Shown here: positions 44,201-56,200 of the stretch, piece after piece | Position numbering within the stretch: position 1 is the first letter of the stretch | Layout: every line of letters starts with the position of its first letter | Notes under the pieces: generated by a model | What the model was told of the DNA's origin: nothing | Database searches by the model: none | The model's input: the letters and a program-made list of their open reading frames with translations, nothing else | DNA from: Ylistrum balloti | Taxonomy: Eukaryota | Length of the DNA: 64,000 bases | Direction: 5' to 3' | Assembly (NCBI RefSeq): GCF_031769215.1 | Contig: NW_026782023.1 | Coordinates: 372,001 to 436,000 of the forward strand | Program-made: the position numbers and the translations under genes

Positions 44201-47200
44201 TCACGATTTTGTAAATTTTGGAAAATGAAGAATTTACAAAATTTGTTTTACAATGTAACAATGTATTTAATGTTCGATTGTGTTTATACATCAACATGAA
44301 ATTTTAGTATTTGGGAAGAGGGTGACACATGTTTTAGTGTATTTTGTAGTTTGCTCAAGAATGGCCATAACAAAGCAAGACTGGTGAGACATTTAATTAC
44401 GTATGTTATTTTAATGTTTTTTTTTAACAGATAGCATGACCTTGACTTGTACAGATGACGTTGGTCTTTATTTCAGACGTAGAGCAGTGATGTGGATCCC
44501 TGGCATGATGTTGTTTGTATCAGTGATATACTCAGGATCCAAGGCCTTAGCTAATCTGGTCAGTATAAACAACAGAACCTTGTTAACCTTTCTTGTGTCA
44601 GAATATGTATGTAACCCGACAACATTATCCTTGCTCTATTGACTGCATGGATCATTGGACTGTCCGGAAACTTACTTAACACGCTTTCTCACAATTATGA
44701 TCTGTTACACCAGTTTAAGTCTGATCTCCCAGGATCTAAATTAAGGATAATTACTATATATAGATTTCTTAACCAAACTCTCACTCAGTTTTGAAAAAAC
44801 TAAACACACCTATTCACATCCATCATCTCTGGTACAAGTTGGCATTTGGACCTCAAAGGGTCAAAATTGAGGTCACTGTAATCATAATGGAAAAATTGTC
44901 AAGTTCATTTTGTTTTGATCTGATTGTCATGCAACTTCGCACATTTACTCACAACCATCATCACTTCTGTCAAGATTTTGTGTCACTACCTGGTTATAAA
45001 AAGGAAGTCTCACATTCTATTATTAGAATTTTCAATATTAACATATCATTTCACATATAATGAAATGTGTGATGAATTTCTCTTTCATATCAATTAGATT
45101 TGCAATTGAGCTTTGTTTGATTTGATTGATATTCATATCTTTTAAAAATTCAAGTTAGCTGCTGACATGAGGGAATTGGATCTTCTGAAATACCTTGTGT
45201 ACAAACATTTGTTATGTGGCTGTAGGCTAACCACAAAAATAAAATGTCAGAAACCCAGACAATGAGTCATTGTGTTACCTGTTTTGTTTGTTTCTCTGGC
45301 TCTCTCCCTGTATGTGTACCTGTCAGAAACCTTGACAATGAGTCGTTGTGTTACCTGTTTTGTTTGTTTCTTTGGCTCTCTCCCTGTATGTGTACCTGTC
45401 AGAAACCTAGACAATGAGTCATTGTGTTACCTGTTTTGTTTGTTTCTCTGACTCTCTCCCTGTATGTGTACCTGTCAGAAACCTTGACAATGAGTCATTG
45501 TGTTACCTGTTTTGTTTGTTTCTCTGGCTCTCTCCCTGTATGTGTACCTGTCAGAAACCTAGACAATGAGTCATTGTGTTACCTGTTTTGTTTGTTTCTC
45601 TGGCTCTCTCCCTGTATGTGTACCAGTCAGAAACCTAGACAATGAGTCATTGTGTTACCTGTTTTGTTTGTTTCTCTGGCTCTCTCCCTGTATGTGTACC
45701 AGTCAGAAACCTAGACAATGAGTCATTGTGTTACCTGTTTTGTTTGTTTCTCTGGCTCTCTCCCTGTATGTGTACCTGTCAGAAACCTAGACAATGATTC
45801 TTTGTGTTACCTGTTTTGTTTGTTTCTCTGGCTCTCTCCCTGTATGTGTACCTGTCAGAAACCTAGACAATGAGTCATTGTGTTACCTGTTTTGTTTGCT
45901 CTCTTTCTCTGTTACTCTCTCCCTGTATGTGTACCTGTCAGAAACCTAGACAATGAGTCGTGTTACCTGTTTTGTTTGTTTCTCTGACTCTCTCCCTGTA
46001 TGTGTACCTGTCAGAAACCTAGACAATGAGTCATTGTGTTACCTGTTTTGTTTGTTTCTCTGACTCTCTCCCTGTATGTGTACCTGTCAGAAACCTAGAC
46101 AATGAGTCATTGTGTTACCTGTTTTGTTTGTTTCTCTGACTCTCTCCCTGTATGTGTACCTGTCAGAAACCTAGACAATGAGTCATTGTGTTACCTGGCT
46201 CTCTTGTTTGTTTCAATGAGTCATTGTGTTACCTGACTCTCTCCCTGTATGTGTACCTGTCAGAAACCTAGACAATGAGTCATTGTGTTACCTGTTTTGT
46301 TTGTTTCTCTGGCTCTCTCTCTCAGAAACCTGTGTTTGTCTGTATGTGTAGAAACCTAGACAATGAGTCATTGTGTTACCTGTTTTGTTTGTTTCTCTGA
46401 CTCTCTCCCTGTATGTGTACCTGTCAGAAACCTAGACAATGAGTCATTGTGTTACCTGTTTTGTTTGTTTCTCTGACTCTCTCCCTGTATGTGTACCTGT
46501 CAGAAACCTAGACAATGAGTCATTGTGTTACCTGTTTTGTTTGTTTCTCTGGCTCTCTCCCTGTATGTGTACCAGTCAGAAACCTAGACAATGAGTCATT
46601 GTGTTACCTGTTTTGTTTGTTTCTCTGACTCTCTCCCTGTATGTGTACCTGTCAGAAACCTAGACAATGAGTCGTGTTACCTGTTTTGTTTGTTTCTCTG
46701 ACTCTCTCCCTGTATGTGTACCAGTCAGAAACCTAGACAATGAGTCATTGTGTTACCTGTTTGTTATGCTCCCCCATATGCATATAGTTGCTGCTTTGTT
46801 TGTCCATTTTTATTTCTGTCCATGCTTTTGTGTCAGGAGCATATGTTTGTGAACATTTAAGCAAGGATCATGAAATTTGGTGTTAATATTGGTCATACTA
46901 AGACAATGTGTTATTTACCAAAGTCAGGGCATGCAGTCCATTATAGAGTTGTTGTCCTTGTTAAATCTTTTGTGTCCCAAGCAGAGCTTTGCTTGCATTT
47001 AAACTGGGATAATGAAACTTTTTTTATACATTGTTCATACTAAGATAATTGGCCTTTGTTGGGTAAATATAAAGTTGTTTTCTTGTTATTTTTAATGTTC
47101 TCCATGTTTGTATAGGCCTACTGGTTAAGAGTCTATATATTGTGTAATTTTGGTACATGTTTGTATAGGCCTACTGGTTAAGAGTCTATATATTGTGTAA

Positions 47201-50200
47201 TTTTGGTACATGTTTGTATAGGCCTACTGGTTAAGAGTCTATATATTGTGTAATTTTGGTACATGTTTGTTTTTTTTTGTTTCCAGTCTCTTCCTGTTTT
47301 CCTCTCTCTTCAGAATCTAGTCACAGTGATAAACTGTACAACACAGATGGCCATCTCTAGAAAGGTTAGTGGCTCTCATATGTGACAATGTATTTAACAT
47401 GCTACTGTCAGTGATAAAACCCATATGACCCCTGTTGTAAGATGGTATTTGATTAGCTACTGTCACTGATATAACTCTTGTGACCCCTGATGTAAGATGG
47501 TATTTGATTGGCTACTGTCACTGATATGACTGATGTGACTTCTGATGCTACATGCCCCTGTGAGGACTTTCTGCTGTCACATGCTGAAGATCCCCAGTGG
47601 CTTTTCAAAAAAGAGCAAGCATGATAAAACTGCTCCAGGGGTATAGGGGTAGTGCTAGGCCATGCAGATGTTTTAAGGCATTTGATGAACTTCAAAATTA
47701 CCCGAACATAAACCTAATCTATGTAGGCCCCTTATCCCTCCTTTCCACTTTTGAACATTTTTTAGACTACTAGAGTTAGGATTAGGCATTATTAGGCCCT
47801 GGAGTCGTCTTCTAAAACTAGCATAATCAAATACATTGTTACAGACGGTTTCAGCCCTCTGACGGGGATGCAGGTCGCCCCTCATGTCGCCAGAACACTG
47901 ACGTTTGTTGGTGAGACAATACCTGATATTTATTTGTTTGCTGTTAACTTTTTTTTTACAAAGATTTCCTCTCTGTTACCTTCATAATATGTAGTTATGT
48001 TTTTTGTGAATCAATTCATATTGATTACATGTTTTAGTATTTCTCTTTGTTTTATTTATCATTTCATTCTTCTATCAAGAATTTCTGTCTGGTTTTCAAT
48101 GGATTATTTTTGGCTCACCTTTTACATGTTTAACCATGCTGCTTCTTGGTTCTCTTGTTTAAACAGTATTAGCTAAATGCTGAATGAATTAACCAATAAA
48201 ATATGTAAATGTTTGGCTGGAGTAAGAACTATAACAGTATTATTATCTTATCTCTTGCAGCTGATGAGCTTATTTAGTTACCTGATGTTAATGTTGGTCA
48301 TTACTTCATCAATAGGAACCATCAACACAGACCCTCAGGTGTGTACTTTACTTAAACTCTGACCTTCCGGTGTGTATAATATTTCAACACAGACCCTCAG
48401 GTGTGTACTTTATATAAACTCTGACCCTCAGGTGTGTATACTCTATCAACACAGACTCTCAGGTATGTACTTTATATAAACTCTGACCCTCAGGTGTTTA
48501 TAATATTTCAACACAGACCCTCAGGTGTGTACTTTATATAAACTCTGACCCTCAGGTGTGTGTTGTTTATCAACTCTGAACCTCAGGTGTGTATTGTATA
48601 TCAACTCTGACCCTCAGGTGTGTATTGTGTATCAACTCTGACCCTCAATTTATATTGTATACCAACTCGGATACTCTGTTTTCTATTCTCCAACTTCTAA
48701 GTATATAATTATCTATTCATTGAAGTTCTGTGATTATTACTTGTACAAATACTGGAATCTATTGGTGAACTAGTCTTTTCTTTTCATTTTCAGTTTAGTG
48801 CTGATGGATATTTCTGGATGTGTATTCATATTATTTGCACAGGTAATAAGATTTCCTCTGAACTAAGCATTTATATATTTATAGTAGAAGAACTGTTCAG
48901 CTAGCACATTTCATGGATGCTGTATGACTCTTGCAGTACTGTAACAATATTAATAAATTTTACTTTTTATTCCACTTGAAATAGTAATTCATTTATAATT
49001 AATGCAAATACATATCAAGCTAAACCACATGTTTTTAAGGTAGCATATATCCTTAACTGTAACACAAATCACAGGTATAATGTGTAAGGTAGCATATAAC
49101 CTTAACTGCAACACAAATCTCAGGTATAATGTTTGAGGTAGCATATATCCTTAACTGCAACACAAATCTCAGGTATAATGTTTGAGGTAGCATATTGCCT
49201 TAACTGTAACACAAATCTCAGGTATAATGTTTGAAGTAGCATATTGCCTTAACTGTAACACAAATCACAAGTATAATGTTTGAAGTAGCATATAGCCTTA
49301 ACTGTAACACAAATCACAGATATAATGTGTAAGGTAGCATATATTCTTAACTGTAACACAAGTGTGAAAGGTAGCATATATCCTTAAGTGTAACACAAGT
49401 CACAGGTGTAATGTTTGAGGGATATGTAGTGTATATCCCTAACTCTGACAGCAGCTTTAATGTGGTACATATGTATATATATGTATCATCTGTCCCAAGC
49501 TCTAATGTAAATCACAAGTATGATGTGTAAGGTGGAATATATCCTTAACTTTAACACAAATCACAGGTATAATGGGAAAGGTAGCATATGTCCTTAAGTC
49601 TTAACTCAAACTGCAGCTTTTTGACATCTAAGAGAAAAGGTATCAAATAAAGGGTCTATTAAGTACGTGGTATATATAACAATAAAGATCAAGTCAAACA
49701 TTGGCACCATATCCTAATAGATATATATGTTTGATGCATTCTTTCAAGGTTATTTTTGATGGTTCAAATATTCATGGTTTTATCAATGAAAGAAAGGATG
49801 AATTTTTCATGCTTGTCATAAAAGAACTTTGTTTTCTGACTTTTCTCTGTCAGTTTTCAAGCTTGAAAGTTTTTTTAATTGATTTTTTTATTTATTTATT
49901 TCATTTTAGTATTTTTGAAGATTTCATTAAATCCTCAAAAATGATGAAAAAAGCAGATTCCTCAAAAATGCCATTTTCTTTATCAGTTACTGAGACATAA
50001 AAATACATGTTTGCAAATCTGAAAAAGGTGGAAGGATAGTATTGACAATGTTTCGATCCAAACCATGTGTTTCACATTCTGTTGCATTGCTTAACAAATG
50101 TTTTGCTGGGTTTTTTTTGTAGGTGCTTTACAGATTTATTCAAAACTGACAAAAGGCAGATTAAAAATAAGGTATGTACAGGTCACTGGATAGAGTTGTA

Positions 50201-53200
50201 AAATATGTGTGACGGTAGGATATATAAAACTTGGTGTCCTCACTCAAGTGACTTCATTTCTCAGGATTATGATCAAACATTGCATGAATTCATGTTTCAG
50301 GGTTCAAAGTCCAAACTCACTGTTTCCTTTTATTTTGATAAAACTTTAACACAATGGTAATCATAACTATATGGCCTGAAATGAGGTTGTGTGTCATATT
50401 GATGGATATAGAAATTTTCACAAATGTTTTCTAGTTTGAAATCTCTAAACAAAATGATGAACTTTGACTTAAGATATATATTGTTTAGACAAAGAAAGAT
50501 GGGTTCTTCAAATTGAGTGACTGACCCTCTGGTGGCTAAATGTACAGGCTCAAAAGGGAATAGTTTGACCATAAAACTTTTAGATGTTAACTACAAAAAC
50601 AAATTGTCAAGTTATCCTCGAGTTGTGATGTTCAGAAAAAACATATGAATAAAGGAATGAAACCACTCGCCCCACTTTCCACCCAATTTCCCCCACACCA
50701 CACTCAGTTGGACTTACTCACTCAATAACCAAGGAAATATATTTACATGTAAATGCACTGACATGAAGGTCACTTGCCCCTGGAGATATTTTTCAACTGG
50801 TTATCATATTGAAACACTTGAAATCCCAACCCTAACCATGCATATCTTACTCTGTATAGTGGTTTAATTTTCTGGGTTACTATTTCACATTTGTTCTGAT
50901 ATGGTGGCTTCACACATATGAAATTTTGTGCATTCCCCCCTTCTGTAATTTTCTGACCGTTGGATTAGTTGTAAAAGTATTTGGTGGATACCTAATGCCA
51001 TGAATATAGGGAAATGAAATCTTCCATGTATATCTATACACTTACTGAACAATCAATGAAATTCCCACAGTGACAATAACACAGTCCAATCCTCTCCAAT
51101 TCAGGTTTTATTTTCGCTCTGGGAATTTCATTTTAAAGAGTTTTAGTGGGGACTCTGTATACTAATAGTATCCACGGCCTTTCCAAGACATATTTCACCT
51201 ATCTTCATCGACAGGGATGTTGTGTCTCCACCCCGTGCTTTAATCATGCTACATGTTTCTTTCTTGCTCTTTCTGTTTTATAGAAGATGTTTTCCTGACT
51301 CGAGGGTTATCATGAAATAAAGAAACTGTAAACTTTTGATGGATAATTATGATTTGTTGTCTATAAATGTCCTTAAATGTTCAACTTATTACAAGTGAAT
51401 ATATTGATTTACTTATTTGCAGAAAACATACACAAAATGCGGCTAAAAATATAACTGTAATTATCTTAATTTCAGCTCACATGAAAAACTTTACTGCAAC
51501 TACATATACAGGTAAGAGTTCAAAGGTCACCAACTTTCTCTGATAATATAGATAAAGTGTCCTAGTTCACTGAATTTTGATTTAAAAATATTACTGTTAA
51601 AGCTTTACAAATCATTGACTTTTTGGCCTAACACATAGAAAGGTTATATTTAAGGGAAATAACTGTAGCAAAAAGTCATCTGACGAATTGATCTGCTGAA
51701 ATTAAACAAAGAAATATTTAAACAATAATGAAATTAAATGAAGAAATATTTAAACAATAATGAAATTAAATGAAGAAATATTTAAACAATAATGTATGAA
51801 AATTGAATGGAAAATGATGTGTTTTCAGAATTCATGAGGTTGAGAAAATCAAAGGGGGTTCATCTTGACTAGATCCTCTTCTAGCCAGTGCTGGTCGAGT
51901 AGATTTAGCCCCAAACCTTGAGCGTGTTTTACTGGTTTTACTTCAACTGAATTCCAGGCATTAGATTTTATTAAGATGTTGCTGGAAACAAGTGCTGTAA
52001 CATGGAAATTGTATACGTTGCTTCAAGGGTCTTCATGAAAGTCTTTCTTTAATTCGTATATTGCCCTATTTTTATGAATTTTGTGTTAACAGTTTGCATG
52101 TTGTACTCTCTTGTTTTTGAAACTTGTACACAAAATTGATATTTCAAGAAGTGAACAACCAGTGAATATGTATTGTATGTGATATAACTTTGATAGTTTT
52201 GTCCTATATGTTAGTCAGAGAAATACTTTACATCTTTATTTGTTGCCAGCATGGTCCTCCTAGCACCCTGTAGTTACCTGATTGGGGATGCACTTGACGC
52301 CATCAAATTTCCTTACCTATACTTCTCCAAATTCTACATAGGCTGTATATTCAGGCAAGTATCAAAATTTAACATGCTTTTGTCTATGAAATATACAGAG
52401 AATACATGGTCAGTATCTTAAAATATGAGCTGTATTTTGGCGACAGTGAAGGAAGACCCGAACCAAGACACTGACCATGTATTCTTTCTATCCAGTAAAT
52501 CAGTCCATCAAAACTTCTACAATTTTTTGATCCAATCTTTGTTTACCTGACATTGATGTTACACTGAATTTAGTCTGATGATTGACATGCACACAGAAGT
52601 AATTGTCCCAAACAGAAATAGAATTCCAAATTTCAAGGGATATGAATTTTATGAATTTTTGAAAATAAACTAGGATGTTACAACATATAAAATCACTTAT
52701 TTCAACAATAAATTTTATTGAGAAATGTATTTTTTTTAGTAAATTCAAATTCCTGTTTTCGTCAATGCGAAATACAGCAAAAATGATGTGGTAGGTGTAT
52801 TCCCACAATGTTAGTGCCAGTTACAGGATAAAAAACACAATGTCAATGTATATCGTTTAGTGGTAATCTTAATTTAGTTCATTTTGCACTAAAACATGAT
52901 AATGCTAATTGTAGTTTCAGAATGATTTTGATAAAAACTTACATCTTTGTCAATGAAGTGGTGTCGAAAATCCTTTATTATTACTACTAGGTCACAGGGA
53001 ACAAAAATGTAGTATACTTCCTTTACATAAAAGCTTTGATTTCTCAAACCAAAACACATAAATTAATATTAGCAATCTACTTCCACTATGTAGTGTTAAG
53101 GTCAAAGTTTAGCATGGAATCAAAGTAAACATACATATGAAATCTGAGAGAGATCAATTGAGTCTTCTCAAGAAAAAGCAATAACAAACTTGCCGAAATC

Positions 53201-56200
53201 AAAGATGACCATCTATCGGCCATTTTGCCTTTCTGCTCAGACCAAAAATCAATCTGGCACAACTGGGGACCAAGGGGAACCTACATATGAAATTTGAGAG
53301 AGATCCATGTGGCACTTTTCATGAAATAGGGAGAACAATCTTTATTGAAAAAATCCAAGATGACCACCCTTTAGCCATTTTGTTTGATTTTGGGTCTGAT
53401 CAGAAAAATAAAATGGTCGACAGTTGATCATCTTTGATTTTGACCAAGAAAGTTTGTTATCGCTATTTCTTGAGAAGTACATCAAAGATTTTTGTCAAAT
53501 TTCATGTGTATGTTTCTTCTGATCCCCAGTTGTGCCTGTTTGATTTTGGGAATGATCAGAAAAACAAAAATGGTCGACAGTTGGTCATCTTGGATTTTGC
53601 CTAGTACAGATGGTTATCTCTATTTCTTAACAAGTACTGAATGGGTCTCTCTCAAATTTTATACATATCTTCCCTTTAGTCTCTTCTTGTGCCCATTTGA
53701 TTGTGGGACTGATCAGAAAAATCAAAATGGCTTTCAGGTTACCATCTTGGATATGTCAGGTAAAGATTATCATTGCTTTTGCTGCAAAGGAATGTTCATA
53801 TTTTCTACCATTAAGAGCAAAAACAGAGAAGAGAAAAGAGGGAAGAAAAATCCAACTTTCAAAGAACAAATAAAAATGAAATAATGGTGGGCACTCTGTG
53901 ATCTCTTGTTCTAGTACATGTGTAAGTGACCTTGATCTACTTTTGGGTTGCAGTGGTTCACAAGTTATTTCTTTGAAATAGTGGAGATTTTTAAAATATT
54001 TCAGTGGTGTGTTTGGTGTGCTGTTGAACCTATATACGATACGTCTACAGGAGGCTTATCTGGAGTCCATTGAGTTTGTCAGGATACAAGGCTTCGCCAA
54101 GGTAAACAAAACCTTGAAAGATAATGATAATAATGATAGTTCCTTAGAAGGAAATATTTCACAATGATAATTAAATAGAATCAAAAGTCACTGTCATGTT
54201 GATCGTCACCTCACCGATCTTGAAAAAAAAATTCTTTTGCTGTATAAAGTCAATGCAAAGTGGACATACCTCGGTCATTGAATTATATGTTATGAATTCT
54301 AGATATAAAGGTTTACCAGAAAATATAGCCAGAAAATTAGCTATTATCTAAGTTAATAGTACTTAACAGAACATCTTGTAATAACATGTATATTATTTAT
54401 AATGCTATGTATTGGGAAACTTTCACCAATTTCACAAAATTTTACATGTAACACAAAATGTTAACACTGAAACGTGAAGAAAACAATGTTTTTCTCAGGC
54501 AAGTTTTTACCAGCACCCAAAAAGTATCATTTTCATGGTAGGGTAAAATTTTTCCAATATTGTTTTACGCTCCCCAAAGGGAGAGCATATAGTCACCGCT
54601 TTGTTCTTCTGTCCATCTGTCTGTCCATCATAATTTTGTCTGCAGTATAACACAAAAACTATTAGAGATATCAACATGAAGCTTCATAGATAGATAAATC
54701 TTAACAAGGAGAAATGCTGTGCACAAAAATCACCACTCTCTTTTGAATAATTTAGGAGTTGTTGCCCTTTGTAATTTTTCATACTTACATTTTGTTCAGA
54801 GCATAACACTAAAACTATTAGAGTTATCATCATGAAACTTCATAGGTAGATAGATCTCAGCAAGAAGTACAATGCACAAGAACCCTCACTCTTTTTAGCA
54901 TAATTTAGGAGTTATCGCCCTTTGTTATTTTTCATACTGATATTTTGTCCCAATCAGGGAGTGAAACCCTTCCATGTTTTTAGTTTATATATATTGTGAT
55001 ATTTCGATGTAATATTTTATGCTGCCAATTTTCTTTACAGATGGTTTCTTCTGTAATATCTCTCCAGTTTTTTGACATAACAGTAACACAATCTCATGCT
55101 GTCTGGTGAGTACTTCTACAAAATCTGTTTCTACCCTCTCTACTGAGAGATAAACATGAGATATGTAGGAGTTTTTTGACATGAAAGAATCACTAAATAC
55201 ATCCAACGCATTGATATCTACTCTCGAAACTCAGAGGGAGACATGGGTAACTAAACGGGAGACATGGTACAATTCAAAGGGAGACATGGGTAACTAAATG
55301 GGAGACATGGTACAATTCAGAGGGAGACATGGATAACTAAATGGGAGACATGGTACAATTCAGTGGGAGACATGGGTAACTAAATCGGAGACATGGTACA
55401 ATTCAGAGATATACATGGGAAAACTCTATTGGAGACATAGGACAACCCAGAGGGAGACATGGGTAACTCAGAGGGAGACATGGGGTAGCTCAGAGGAAGA
55501 CATGGGGAACTCAATAAAACATGGGACAACCCAGAGGGAGACATTGGGTAACTCACAGGGAGACATGGGGTAACTCAGAGGGAGACGTGGGGGTAACTCA
55601 GAGGGAGACATGGGTAACTCAGAGGAAGACATGGGGTAACTCAGAGGAAGACATGGGGTAACTCAGAGGAAGACATGGGGTAACTCAGAGGAAGACATGG
55701 GGTAACTCAGAGGGAGACATGGGGTAACTCAGAGGAAGACATGGGGGTAACTCAGAGGCAGACATGGTAACACAGAGGAAGATATGGGGTAACTCAGAGG
55801 AAGATATGGGGTAACTCAGAGGAAGACATGCGGTAACTCAGAGGAAGACATGGGGTAACTCAGAGGCAGACATGGGGTAACTCAGAGGAAGACATGGGGT
55901 AACTCAGAGGAAGACATGGGGTAACTCAGAGGAAGACATGGGGTAACTCAGAGGGAGACATGGTAACACAGAGGGAAACATAAGATAACTCACTGAGAAG
56001 CTTAAAGAAGACTGTTCTTGTCACTTAAGCTCTCTTTAGACCAGCATTTCAAAATTTTGAGTACACCATCATAAACAAATGAAAAACACAGACCTTGTCA
56101 ACATCCTGTTAAGTCTATGTTTGTGACACAGACCCTGTCAACATCCTGTTTAGTTTATGTTTGTGACACAGACCCTGTCATTATTTTATTCTGTCACAGA

